DNA of 64,000 bases from a virus: the IMG/VR virus record IMGVR_UViG_3300046459_000427, positions 32,001-96,000 of that record, one strand, 5' to 3'. Position numbers and translations under genes: made by a program. This document shows, in pieces, positions 1-8,577 of the stretch; position 1 is the stretch's first letter, and each line of letters begins with the position of its first letter. The notes beneath the pieces were generated by a model, which was given only the letters and a program-made list of their open reading frames with translations, was not told the DNA's origin and made no database searches.

Positions 1-73
1 CCTGGGTCTCCAGGAAGTCTTTCCACTCCTGCTGGAGGGTGGGAAGGTCGAAGCCGGGGAGCTGGTGGTTCAT
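1..73 (-). CDS. hypothetical protein, 5' part only (runs off the window)
   Basis: ATG at 73 preceded by AGGAGG; frame MNHQLPGFDLPTLQQEW open to the window edge. Confidence 0.7.
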   Translation of the reverse strand, partial: MNHQLPGFDLPTLQQEWKDFLETQ

Positions 74-99
74 GGTTACCTCCTGATGTGGGGTGCTGG

Positions 100-216
100 T
101 CATCGCTTATCGTCCGTGGGGCCCCAGTAGTGGCCCTTGTACACGTGGGCCGGGTAGCCACCCTGCTCGACCTTCTTGAGGTGGCCCTGGTAGGTGGTGG
201 CCTTGCACTTACACAC
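100..216 (-). CDS. small hypothetical protein (38 aa, not in ORF track)
   Basis: GTG start after GAGGAG, MCKCKATTYQGHLKK...DKR stop TGA; fills the gap between neighbours. Confidence 0.55.
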   Translation of the reverse strand: MCKCKATTYQGHLKKVEQGGYPAHVYKGHYWGPTDDKR

Positions 217-218
217 GG

Positions 219-617
219 TCAGCTCTCCTCGTCCTCGATCAGCAGGATGATCTGGGTCTCGGTCAGGAAGCGCTTGGCGGCCTCCTGCGTGAGGTGCTGG
301 TGGACGCCGTACAGGCCGGACTGCTGGGAGCGGTAGCTGAGCAGCCAGTCGGTCAGGCTCCTGCGCTGGTCCTCGATGCGGTCCAGGACCTTGTCGTCGT
401 CGTACGAGCTGTCGCCGTTGGCGTCCAGGCCCAGCTTGTCGGAGTAGACGTTGGCGACGGCGCGCAGCTCCATGAACTTCTCGAAGTCCATCACTGAGTC
501 GACGCGGTTGGCGCCGGTTTCCAGCTTCTGCCGAAGGCTGTCGGCGAAGCCGAGGTACGCGGTGTGCGCGTTCTTGGCGTACATGCGGACGCCTCGGATC
601 GCCTGGGTCTTGTCCAT
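219..617 (-). CDS. hypothetical protein
   Basis: 132 aa ORF, AGGAG RBS, GC3-rich codons. Confidence 0.8.
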   Translation of the reverse strand: MDKTQAIRGVRMYAKNAHTAYLGFADSLRQKLETGANRVDSVMDFEKFMELRAVANVYSDKLGLDANGDSSYDDDKVLDRIEDQRRSLTDWLLSYRSQQSGLYGVHQHLTQEAAKRFLTETQIILLIEDEES

Positions 618-620
618 GGC

Positions 621-764
621 CTACTCCTGGTCTCGTATGGCTGCGTGCTTGGCAGTCTTGCGTGTGCGCTGCTTGCGGGGGCGGGAATCGTGACCTCCGG
701 CCGCTCCGCTGCGCCGACGTTCCTGCACGGCGCGGATGTGCTCGGGGTGCTGCTGGGCGTTCAT
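621..764 (-). CDS. small basic hypothetical protein (47 aa)
   Basis: ATG at 764 after AGGAGG; MNAQQHPEHIRAVQERRRSGAAGGHDSRPRK. Confidence 0.7.
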   Translation of the reverse strand: MNAQQHPEHIRAVQERRRSGAAGGHDSRPRKQRTRKTAKHAAIRDQE

Positions 765-834
765 GTGTGCCTCCTGGGCCGGTACGGGAGATACCAGGTT
801 ATTGGTTCTCCCGTACCGCTTCCCAGTCCCGCTT

Positions 835-1701
835 CTAGCGGCGGCTGGCCCGCTTCTTGGCCTCGGCCAGGACCGTCTCGGTGTCCTTGCCCTCCTTGTG
901 GGCGACGGCCTTGGCGACGTCGTCCAGGGACTCCTTGCGGTAGGAGGGGTGGGCGCCGCCCTTGTTCCAGTAGTAGTAGTCCGTGAGCCAGCCACGGGCC
1001 GCGTGCAGGGTCTCCAGCTTGTCGTAGGCGTCGTGGGCCGGGTGGACCTTGACGACCACGCCGTTGCGGACGACCTGGCGCTCGGGGTAGTGGCCGGTGA
1101 AGACCTTCAGCGGGGTGCCGTCGGGGTTGGTGATGGCCTTGGCGGCCTTCTTCGCCTCACGCTCGGCCTTCTTGGCTTCGCGCTCCAGGCGGGCAGCCTT
1201 GCGCTCCGGCGCCTCCAGGCGGGTCTTCTGCTTGAGGGTGTCGACCGGAGCCCACGGGAAGCAGACGGTGCACGCCTTCTCGCCCGCCAGCTCGACCAGC
1301 TCCTCGGCGCTCAGGCCGGACTGCTCGACCAGCCAGGCGTACTGGGTGGTGGGGAAGCAGGTGGCGCAGTGCGTGTCCTTGTGGACGTGACCATTGGTGT
1401 TGTCGACCAGGTAGTAGCGGGTCCAGCGACGGTCGTTGTACTGGGCTTCTCGGGGATAGACCTCGGACTGGAGGGTGTCCTGGACGCGCTCCTGGAGTGC
1501 CTCGATCTCGGCGACCAGCTTGGCGCGGCTCGCGGGCGAGTAGTCCGGGAGCATGGACCGGTAGGACCCGGGCTCGACCTCGTCGATGCGGACCACCGTG
1601 GCGGTGAGGCGGTGCTGCTGGCTGGTCAGGTCGGCGATCTTGCCGTACGCGGTGGCCAGCTCGGTGTCGATCTCGACCGGGGTGGCGGTGGTGAGGTCCA
1701 T
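835..1701 (-). CDS. hypothetical early protein with Cys/His metal-binding motifs
   Basis: ATG 1701 after AGGAGG; HVHKDTHCATC and ACTVCFP motifs; directly downstream of a consensus promoter. Confidence 0.8.
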   Translation of the reverse strand: MDLTTATPVEIDTELATAYGKIADLTSQQHRLTATVVRIDEVEPGSYRSMLPDYSPASRAKLVAEIEALQERVQDTLQSEVYPREAQYNDRRWTRYYLVDNTNGHVHKDTHCATCFPTTQYAWLVEQSGLSAEELVELAGEKACTVCFPWAPVDTLKQKTRLEAPERKAARLEREAKKAEREAKKAAKAITNPDGTPLKVFTGHYPERQVVRNGVVVKVHPAHDAYDKLETLHAARGWLTDYYYWNKGGAHPSYRKESLDDVAKAVAHKEGKDTETVLAEAKKRASRR

Positions 1702-1741
1702 CGTGTTGCCTCCTGTTGTGGAGCGGTTGGTGACAGGTAGA

Positions 1742-1770
1742 ACTCTACGGACAGGCCTAAGCCTTGTCAA
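1742..1770 (-). promoter_or_regulatory. sigma-70 (HrdB/SigA-type) promoter
   Basis: minus strand TTGACA-17 nt-TAGAGT. Confidence 0.85.
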
Positions 1771-2092
1771 GCGGAATCGGGTTACCGCTTGCGTCGATGT
1801 ACTGCTCGATCTCGTAGCCCATGTTCAGGCTGTTCAGACGCTTCGCGCCGATCGACTTCACTCGTAGTTCCAGGCGGGTGGTCCAGCCCGCTACCGCGTC
1901 CGGGGAGATCGGACCGACGTTGCACTGTCGCAGCCACAGGACGGGGTCGAAGCGGTCGCTCGTGCCGGTGAGGGCGTCGGCGATGTTGAAGGCGATGTTG
2001 CGGCGCGCGTTGAAGTCCTGGTCGTCGGAGTCAGCGATGGCGGCCGACAGGGTCTCGTAGTCGCTGCGGCTCATGTTGCGGGGCGCGGGCAT
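1757..2092 (-). CDS. hypothetical protein
   Basis: 111 aa ORF, AGGAGG RBS. Confidence 0.75.
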   Translation of the reverse strand: MPAPRNMSRSDYETLSAAIADSDDQDFNARRNIAFNIADALTGTSDRFDPVLWLRQCNVGPISPDAVAGWTTRLELRVKSIGAKRLNSLNMGYEIEQYIDASGNPIPLDKA

Positions 2093-2132
2093 GGCGGGCT
2101 CCTCCTGGTGCGGGGATTGATGGTCGCGGGAA

Positions 2133-2179
2133 GCGTACGGGCCGCCCGGCTCAGGTGTCGAGTCGGGCGGCCCGTATGC
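2133..2179 (-). terminator. long GC-rich hairpin, probable terminator
   Basis: GCGTACGGGCCGCCCGGCTC / GAGTCGGGCGGCCCGTATGC imperfect inverted repeat just downstream of the DUF2786-like gene. Confidence 0.65.
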
Positions 2180-2195
2180 GGGTGGTGCGCAAGGA

Positions 2196-3050
2196 TCATG
2201 CGGCGATGCGGGTGCGGCTGCCGCCGATGGCGCGCTGGGAGCCGAGCCGGGCGGACTGGGCGGCGCTGTCCCCGGCCTGGCGGGCGCTGGTGCTGTAGGT
2301 GGTGCTGCTGGCGCCCTTCCACGAGCCCCGGGCGGTGGATGCCTTCGAGTAGTAGTCGTTGATCTCCTGCTTCTTGTCCGCGAGGACCAGCGCGGCGGAG
2401 ACCTCGATCTCGTACTCGACGCCGTTGTCCTTGCCGACGGTGGGCAGGGTGTAGGTGTTCTTCTTGGCCTCCTCCAGGGCCTCCTGGCGGGCCGACCACA
2501 GGCGGGAGGAGATGCGACGGGTGAAGGCGTCGTAGAAGTTGGCGCGGGCGGTGCGGCCGTCCATGGGCTTGACGACGGTCTGGACGTCCCACTCCCCCCA
2601 GTAGGCGTCCCAGACGCGCTTCTTTCCTGTCACCTCTTCCTTCTTGTACTCGCCGGTCTTGAGCCACGCGTTGGCGGACTCGGTCATCTGGAAGAGCAGG
2701 GAGGCGTACAGGGCCTCGACCACCTCGATGTCGCTGGGCATCCCGAAGACGATGACGAAGGTGGAGTTCTGCGCGATGTTCACCTTGACGTCGTTGTTGT
2801 CGGCGACCGCGATGAACAGGTTGACGAGTCGCGCGTTGTTCAGCTTGCGCGCCTGGCCGATGGTGATCCGCTTGTGGGTCGGCTGCTCGCGCTGCTCCCT
2901 CTTGGCGGTGTGCTGGCGGGCAACGGCCAGGTCGATGCTGGTCAGGGTCGCCATGGCCTGCGCCTTGCGCATGTAGGCCTCGGCCTCCTCGGGGGTGGAG
3001 GCGTTCTCGGCCTTGTTGAGGATCTTGGCCAGCTTGTCGAGGGTGCTCAT
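2196..3050 (-). CDS. DUF2786-domain protein
   Basis: N-terminal LDKLAKILNKAENASTPEEAEAYMRKAQ helix pair typical of DUF2786; ATG 3050 after AGGAGG. Confidence 0.8.
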   Translation of the reverse strand: MSTLDKLAKILNKAENASTPEEAEAYMRKAQAMATLTSIDLAVARQHTAKREQREQPTHKRITIGQARKLNNARLVNLFIAVADNNDVKVNIAQNSTFVIVFGMPSDIEVVEALYASLLFQMTESANAWLKTGEYKKEEVTGKKRVWDAYWGEWDVQTVVKPMDGRTARANFYDAFTRRISSRLWSARQEALEEAKKNTYTLPTVGKDNGVEYEIEVSAALVLADKKQEINDYYSKASTARGSWKGASSTTYSTSARQAGDSAAQSARLGSQRAIGGSRTRIAA

Positions 3051-3090
3051 GTGGTGCTCCTCCTGGTGTGAGGCGGTTGGTGTGTGGTGA

Positions 3091-3119
3091 ACACTACGGG
3101 GTCGGATATTGCCTGTCAA
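3091..3119 (-). promoter_or_regulatory. sigma-70 promoter
   Basis: minus strand TTGACA-17 nt-TAGTGT. Confidence 0.85.
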
Positions 3120-3136
3120 GCACTTTTCTCAAATGA

Positions 3137-3475
3137 CTAGCGGGGCTGTCCTCCGCTGGGGATGCTGACCACCCGCTTGCCCTGGCGATAGTCGAAGGTC
3201 TGCTCCTGGGCGCGGTCGGCGGCGAAGTCGTCGTAGAACTCCTGGACGGCCTGGATGGCCTCCGGCAGGGTGTCGAAGGGGCCGCCGGAGCGGGTGGTCA
3301 GCCGGGGCGCGTTGAGGTCGAAGTGCCAGCCGACGTCCTCGGCCGTGATGTCGTCCTCGGTGGGGTTCTCGACGATGGACTCCTCGCCTACGCGCCACAG
3401 GGAGCCGAAGCGGCCGAAGCGGTCGGTGATCAGGATGCTGTCGGGATCCTCGGTGGTCTTGAACGTGACGGTCAT
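3137..3475 (-). CDS. hypothetical acidic protein
   Basis: 112 aa ORF with GAGGA RBS. Confidence 0.75.
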   Translation of the reverse strand: MTVTFKTTEDPDSILITDRFGRFGSLWRVGEESIVENPTEDDITAEDVGWHFDLNAPRLTTRSGGPFDTLPEAIQAVQEFYDDFAADRAQEQTFDYRQGKRVVSIPSGGQPR

Positions 3476-3484
3476 GCTGTCCTC

Positions 3485-4000
3485 TCAGACGGTGGCAAGG
3501 GCGCCGAAGCGGACGCCGTGCTGGGTGAAGGAGTCGGTGAGCAGCAGGCCGATCTCGGGGCCCATCACCTCGCGCACCATGTGCAGGAAGGTGCTGGCGA
3601 ACGCGGGGCCGTGGTGCTCTCCGTGGTTGGCCAGGTGGTGGCTCAGCTCGTGCAGGATGACGATCTCGCGCAGGGCCCAGCCGCTGCTGTTCTCGTGGTC
3701 GGGGATGGCGAAGGTGCGCGTCAGGGGCTCGTAGTGGGCGAACTTCCGTCCCGCCCGGCGCCGCACGTGGACCGGCAGGATGGTGCGCTCGGGCCACATG
3801 TCCTTGACCCAGTTGAGTTCGAGGACGGCGTCGATGTAGCGCTGGATGGACTCCAGGTCGCCGAACTTGCGCTCCAGGGGCATCAGCAGGCTGGAGCCGT
3901 AGAAGTCGAAGGTGGGCACGTCGGCCTGGGCGAGGGATGCGAGGACGTCGCGGACGAAGTACTCGGCGTCGTAGAGGCGCTGGCGTTGGTTGTCTCGCAT
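3485..4000 (-). CDS. HExxH putative metallohydrolase (TIGR04338/SprT-like)
   Basis: starts MRDNQRQRLYDAE; WALREIVILHELSHH...HHGPAF motif. Confidence 0.85.
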   Translation of the reverse strand: MRDNQRQRLYDAEYFVRDVLASLAQADVPTFDFYGSSLLMPLERKFGDLESIQRYIDAVLELNWVKDMWPERTILPVHVRRRAGRKFAHYEPLTRTFAIPDHENSSGWALREIVILHELSHHLANHGEHHGPAFASTFLHMVREVMGPEIGLLLTDSFTQHGVRFGALATV

Positions 4001-4042
4001 GAGGTGCTCCTCCTGGTGTGGGGGCGAGTGGTGATGAGAGAA

Positions 4043-4070
4043 ACAATACTCAGGAAGCGATAGTCGTCAA
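4043..4070 (-). promoter_or_regulatory. probable sigma-70 promoter
   Basis: minus strand TTGACG-16 nt-TATTGT, just downstream of a hairpin. Confidence 0.6.
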
Positions 4071-4087
4071 GCCGTATCGGGCAAGCA

Positions 4088-4128
4088 GTAAGCCGTGAGC
4101 TGCGTCACATGCGCGGCCCACGGCTTAC
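4088..4128 (-). terminator. hairpin terminator separating middle genes from the early region
   Basis: GTAAGCCGTGAGCTGCG / CGCGGCCCACGGCTTAC imperfect inverted repeat. Confidence 0.65.
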
Positions 4129-4148
4129 CTGGTTGACTGGCTATGCAA

Positions 4149-4547
4149 TTACTTGCTAGATGTTGGCGTTTCCGTAACCGTTTCCTTCGGGCACGGAATC
4201 TTGACCTGCACGGAATGCGTGTGCTCAAGCCCGTATACGGGGGCGTACGGCGTGGCCGAAGACGTAGGTGCGGGTATTGCGGGGGAAGGCCCGACCACGA
4301 GCGATACCTTGCACGTGCCCGGGGATTTCGACTTCGTCGCTTTCGGCGTCGGCGCAGACAGATACCGGGTCACCGTGGGCACAGGCTGCGGAGTAGAATC
4401 CCCTTCAATCGCCGGAGAATCCGACTGGGAATTCTCGGTATGAAGCCCCGAGAAATCCGACTGGGGAACTACCGAGATCCCAATCGCGGGTACGGCGAGA
4501 ATTCCGATTGCCACAAGGGCGACTTTGATGCGCTGGAGTCCGTTCAT
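4149..4547 (-). CDS. membrane-anchored or secreted Pro/Thr/Ser-rich protein
   Basis: N-terminal hydrophobic segment VALVAIGILAVPAIGISVV; ATGA overlap with upstream gene. Confidence 0.7.
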   Translation of the reverse strand: MNGLQRIKVALVAIGILAVPAIGISVVPQSDFSGLHTENSQSDSPAIEGDSTPQPVPTVTRYLSAPTPKATKSKSPGTCKVSLVVGPSPAIPAPTSSATPYAPVYGLEHTHSVQVKIPCPKETVTETPTSSK

Positions 4548-4693
4548 ACCAGCACCGTACCGAAGCCCTCGCAGTGGACACAGTCGGCGCCTTCGCGGTC
4601 CTCACCGGACCCGTAGCACCGCTTGCAGTCGATCTCCTCTGCCGCGCCCTCGCCGGTTTCGGCGAAAGACACTGCATGCACGTGTGCGCTCAT
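4544..4693 (-). CDS. small DnaJ-like zinc-finger protein (49 aa, not in ORF track)
   Basis: MSAHVHAVS...CKRCYGSG...CVHCEGFG, two CxxCxGxG repeats; stop overlaps next ATG. Confidence 0.7.
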   Translation of the reverse strand: MSAHVHAVSFAETGEGAAEEIDCKRCYGSGEDREGADCVHCEGFGTVLV

Positions 4694-4705
4694 GAGAAGT
4701 ACTAA

Positions 4706-6244
4706 CTAACCTTCCTGGTTGATGTAAGTTGGTACATCGACTATTTCGGCGTCGATGAAACCGGTTGAGGACTCGATCATCCGGTCCGCCGGAACGGGCC
4801 TGTCGAGTGCCGTCATCTGCTCCCCGGCGTCGCGGCCGAAGATACGGCTGATCATACCGGCCCCACCGCCATTCCCCTTAGCCTCCAGTTTCACGGAGAA
4901 GGAATCCTGCTCCAGTTCCGTCTTCACCTTCACGAGTTTCTGAAGCCGGTCGATCTCACCCGACAGGTTCGGATCCGCGTAGCCACCGGTCATATCCTCG
5001 ACCATCTTCATGAAGAGGACCCGCTGCGCCTGCATCTCGATGAGTGAATTCTGGAGCGACTGCATCTGCTGCTTGCTCTTCACTTCGACCGGGATGTCGT
5101 ACGCGCAGTTGGCATTCTGGTCGAAGGCCGGGCACTTCGAGGACAGGAAGCATGACGAGCAGGCCCGCATCGACTGGCTGCGCACGGTCAGGAGAGGGAT
5201 GTCCCGCTCCTTGTTCACGCCGTCCTCGGGGTCGGTGTAGACCTCCTTCTCCTGCACCAGGCCGATGACCGGCAAGTTGGTACGCGGGCGGTCCTTCCGG
5301 GCGCCGGGAGTTGTCACCGGGTTGAGCATTTTTCCGGCCTCCGTATCAACTTCACTACCCTGCAATTGAGCGAAACCCGAAAGTACCCCTCCGGCAGAAG
5401 TAGTAACTGCTTGAGCCTCCTGCGGCCGGTGGTCATCAATCGAGGCCGCCAACTGCTGCCACGACCAGATGGTGAACCGCAGTACTTCGTCGTTCTCTCC
5501 TGCCTCGATACGGTCGGCATCGAAGCCCGCCTCGGTAAACAGCGTGCGGTGCCTTTTACGCGCCTGGTCCTTGTACTTCTTCGGATAGCGCTTCAATTCC
5601 CGGCCGGTCCACACAATGGTGTCACCGTACTGGGAAGGGGAAAGCCAGGAGGTCGACGCGACGCTGTCCCAGTTCACGGCAGCCATTTCCGCAGGCTTAG
5701 TCATAGCCACTCCGTGGAGTAGCGTGCCGTATTTCCTGGTGATCTCGTTGAGCACCGGAGTGAGATTCCGGCCGTCGAGATCTGTCTGCGTCACGCCGAC
5801 GCGCTTATACCTCTGGGCGAGTTTATCGAGTTCGTCTACGCCCCATTCCGAATGCCATATCGGAAGGAACTTGTCTTCCGGCAGGTCCTCGTAGAAGTCC
5901 TCTCGCCGGGCCTCGATCCATTCCCGTCCGAGAACGACAGCGTCGAACTCGGACACCATATGAAGGGAATCGATGTTCTGCTGGACGAATGCCTCGTAAT
6001 GCGCGGCGATGTCTTTCAATTCACCGACCGAGTACTTGTCGTCTTCGGCCTTGTTGACCGTGTAGGCGCCGGAGTCCAGGAAGACCTTCTGGCTGTCGAG
6101 GTAGTTGTCCTCGATCAGCCAGGGCCTCGTGAACTTGGTCCGGCGCCGCAGGCCTATGTACGAGAGGGAGACGGTTTCGACGCCTTCCTCGGCCAGCATC
6201 TTGCGCCAGCCGGGAATCTCGGATCCGCCAAGGAAGAGGTGCAC
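4706..6244 (-). CDS. TGT/DpdA-like (queuine tRNA-ribosyltransferase-like) protein with C-terminal Cys-cluster domain
   Basis: KVFLDSGAYT, FLPIWH, LLHGVA, WDSVASTSWL resemble the TGT-like barrel motifs; C-terminal CSSCFLSSKC...C. Confidence 0.6.
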   Translation of the reverse strand: MHLFLGGSEIPGWRKMLAEEGVETVSLSYIGLRRRTKFTRPWLIEDNYLDSQKVFLDSGAYTVNKAEDDKYSVGELKDIAAHYEAFVQQNIDSLHMVSEFDAVVLGREWIEARREDFYEDLPEDKFLPIWHSEWGVDELDKLAQRYKRVGVTQTDLDGRNLTPVLNEITRKYGTLLHGVAMTKPAEMAAVNWDSVASTSWLSPSQYGDTIVWTGRELKRYPKKYKDQARKRHRTLFTEAGFDADRIEAGENDEVLRFTIWSWQQLAASIDDHRPQEAQAVTTSAGGVLSGFAQLQGSEVDTEAGKMLNPVTTPGARKDRPRTNLPVIGLVQEKEVYTDPEDGVNKERDIPLLTVRSQSMRACSSCFLSSKCPAFDQNANCAYDIPVEVKSKQQMQSLQNSLIEMQAQRVLFMKMVEDMTGGYADPNLSGEIDRLQKLVKVKTELEQDSFSVKLEAKGNGGGAGMISRIFGRDAGEQMTALDRPVPADRMIESSTGFIDAEIVDVPTYINQEG

Positions 6245-6270
6245 GGTTAGGTTCTCCGAATCTGCTTGGG

Positions 6271-6927
6271 TTACTTCGGGGGCTGGACGGCGCTCTTCGG
6301 GAAGAGGCCGGGCTGGGTGACGCGGGGCTTCTTGGCGGCCGGAGCGCCCCCAGCGCCCTTCTGCCGTGGGCCTGCCGTCGCGGCCAGACCGAACTGCTGC
6401 GGGGAACGGACCGGGGCGACCTGACTCGGACCGAACAGACCGGCCTGGACGACGCGCTGCGGCTTGGCGGCCGGTGGCGGGGTCTGCGGGGCCGACTGCA
6501 CCGAGGTACTGGCGTGGGTGCCGAACGCTGCGTGGAAGTCGTCCCAGGCCCCACCGGAGGGCTTGCTCTGCGCCTGGATGCCGTTCATCCGGGCGTTGAA
6601 GGTATGAAGGAGGTCGGAGGCCGCGCTGGAGTGCTGGGCGTGCCAGGCGTCGAGGCTGGAGGAGTGGTCCTCGCGCACCCGCTGGATGTCGGCGTGGTTC
6701 TTGATGCCGTTGGCGATGCCCTCGCGGCTCATCACGCGGGCGGCCGGGCTGGTCTGTCCCTTGGCGCGGCTCTTGGTACGGCCGCTGGACGGCTGGGCGA
6801 CGTTGCGGGAGTTCTCCAGGTCGCTGACGCGGTCCTCGACGGTGCGGCGCGAGCCTGGGAACTGGAGGGGCTGGAGGTAGCGGTCGCGGAACTGGGTTGC
6901 TATGGAATGAAAGACGGAGCCACTCAT
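6271..6927 (-). CDS. hypothetical low-complexity protein
   Basis: ATG 6927 (MSGSVFH) overlapping upstream stop; contains QAGLF and QPGLF. Confidence 0.7.
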   Translation of the reverse strand: MSGSVFHSIATQFRDRYLQPLQFPGSRRTVEDRVSDLENSRNVAQPSSGRTKSRAKGQTSPAARVMSREGIANGIKNHADIQRVREDHSSSLDAWHAQHSSAASDLLHTFNARMNGIQAQSKPSGGAWDDFHAAFGTHASTSVQSAPQTPPPAAKPQRVVQAGLFGPSQVAPVRSPQQFGLAATAGPRQKGAGGAPAAKKPRVTQPGLFPKSAVQPPK

Positions 6928-7223
6928 GGCCGTGTGTCCCTTCTCAGGAAGTAGAGGTAGCGGTGACCGGCCACGAAGGAGGCCAGGAAGCCGACGGTGA
7001 TCAGCGACCGTGCGGAGGTGGTCGACGCCAGGAACACGGCGGTGAACACGGTCACGTTGGCGCTGTAGACGAAGAGGGTGGCCGCGAGCCACCTCTCTGC
7101 GGCGCCGAGCTGGCGCCAGGCGGGGAGGGTTGCGCGCAGCAGCAGGGCTGCGAATGCCGCTCCGGTGAGGACGGAGAGGATTCGGGCGATGCCGATGAAC
7201 AGGACAAAGCCGTTGCTTGTCAC
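6924..7223 (-). CDS. small membrane protein (about 3 TM segments)
   Basis: GTG 7223 after GGAG; three hydrophobic stretches. Confidence 0.7.
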   Translation of the reverse strand: MTSNGFVLFIGIARILSVLTGAAFAALLLRATLPAWRQLGAAERWLAATLFVYSANVTVFTAVFLASTTSARSLITVGFLASFVAGHRYLYFLRRDTRP

Positions 7224-7723
7224 AGGATCTCCATGTGTGGGCGCTGATCTTCTTCGCGTAGTGCTCGCTGCCTCTCCACTTCGTCCACCAGGGCTGACCA
7301 GGGGGTGACGCTCTCCTGGTAGTCGGGGCGGAAGCGTGGGGAGGAGTAGTTGGGGTGGAGGTAGTTGAGGACTCCGACCCCGTTGGCCATGACGTGTGCG
7401 GCGATCTCCGGATCGGGCTCGATCAGCAGCTCGACGTTGCATCCGGCCTGCCGTAGCCGGGAGATCTGCCGCATCCTTCGCTCGGCCGGGTCTTCGGGAT
7501 CCCGCAGGTTCGCGGGGATCAGGTAGGGGTGTTTGTTGAAGCCGTTGACGCGCAGCCAGTGCTTGACCGGCTCGACGTCGGTGTGGTCCGTGATGAGGGC
7601 GACCCGGTAGGTCTCCATCAGGCCCCAGTACAGGCGCTGCCCCTGGTGGATGACGGCCTCGCCGACTTCCTTGGACAGCACCCCTTCGATGACGATGGCT
7701 ACGGTTGCTGTCACCGCGATCAC
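7220..7723 (-). CDS. HAD-fold-like protein (degenerate motif I)
   Basis: TVAIVIEGVL, RVALIT, HWLRVNGF, ELLIEPDP pattern like phage HAD/PNKP phosphatase domains but without the DxD aspartates. Confidence 0.55.
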   Translation of the reverse strand: MIAVTATVAIVIEGVLSKEVGEAVIHQGQRLYWGLMETYRVALITDHTDVEPVKHWLRVNGFNKHPYLIPANLRDPEDPAERRMRQISRLRQAGCNVELLIEPDPEIAAHVMANGVGVLNYLHPNYSSPRFRPDYQESVTPWSALVDEVERQRALREEDQRPHMEIL

Positions 7724-8577
7724 CTGTGCTCGTGCTCGTGCAGGCCCTCGCGGTGTTCCTGCTCGTGCTTGCGGATGACGCGTTCGGGTGTGCCGCCCAG
7801 GTTCGGGCTGTAGCCGTGGTGCTTGACCAGGTGCTCGATGACGCCGGGGTGCGGTGTCTTGTTCCGCTTGATCTTGTCGACGGGTTCGGCGTGGAACTGG
7901 TCGAGGTTCAGCACATGGGCGCCGATGTGGGTGTCTCCCCGGCCGCGCGCTTCGGCGAGCCGGTGGTGCGCGTCGGCGACGTAGGGGGTGCCTCCCTTGA
8001 TGACCACCTTGACGTGCGGGTGGTCAGGGGCCAGCGGGCCGGTGATGTAGGAGTGCGAGCCGGTCTCGTACGCAGTCTGGCCGGTGTGCAGAACGGCGCT
8101 CGTGCTGATGCTCTGGAACTTGGCGTGCTTGTTCCAGAAGGCCTCGTTGCCGTCGCTCATCTGCGGGCCGTGCTTCTCGTACCACTTGTCGTCGATCTTG
8201 GGGTCGACGATGTTGCCGTGGCCGTCGAGGTGCCCGAACTGCTGCGGGTTGTGAGGCGGGCCCATGACCATCTGCCCGTGCGCCTGCGGGTAGTTGGTGC
8301 GCTCCTCGTCATGGATGAGCGTCTCGTCGCGGGCGGCGCCGAGCGAGGTGACCTTGGTGAACATCCCGCCGCTGTGAGGCGTGGGATGCCCGATATGAAG
8401 CGCGCCAGGTTTGGCCTGGAGGTGCAGCGGCGTGTCCTTGTTCAGGTGGTACGCCGCGCGGAGCGCGGTCTGCTTCTGTCCTTGCTGAGAGACCCGGCTG
8501 CCCAGGGGGATGGGCAGGGCGGTCTGCTCGAACTGTGGACCGGCGGTGTCCGGCTTGCTGCGGGAAGGGGCCATCAC
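7720..8577 (-). CDS. ParB/Srx-like nuclease-domain protein
   Basis: VVIKGGTPYVADAHHRLAEARGRG matches the ParB-N DGHHR motif. Confidence 0.6.
   Translation of the reverse strand: MMAPSRSKPDTAGPQFEQTALPIPLGSRVSQQGQKQTALRAAYHLNKDTPLHLQAKPGALHIGHPTPHSGGMFTKVTSLGAARDETLIHDEERTNYPQAHGQMVMGPPHNPQQFGHLDGHGNIVDPKIDDKWYEKHGPQMSDGNEAFWNKHAKFQSISTSAVLHTGQTAYETGSHSYITGPLAPDHPHVKVVIKGGTPYVADAHHRLAEARGRGDTHIGAHVLNLDQFHAEPVDKIKRNKTPHPGVIEHLVKHHGYSPNLGGTPERVIRKHEQEHREGLHEHEHR

Noticed and set aside
7720-8577. ParB-like gene as plasmid-prophage partition system
   Set aside because: No ParA, no HTH domain and no parS-like array seen; context is the enzyme cluster.
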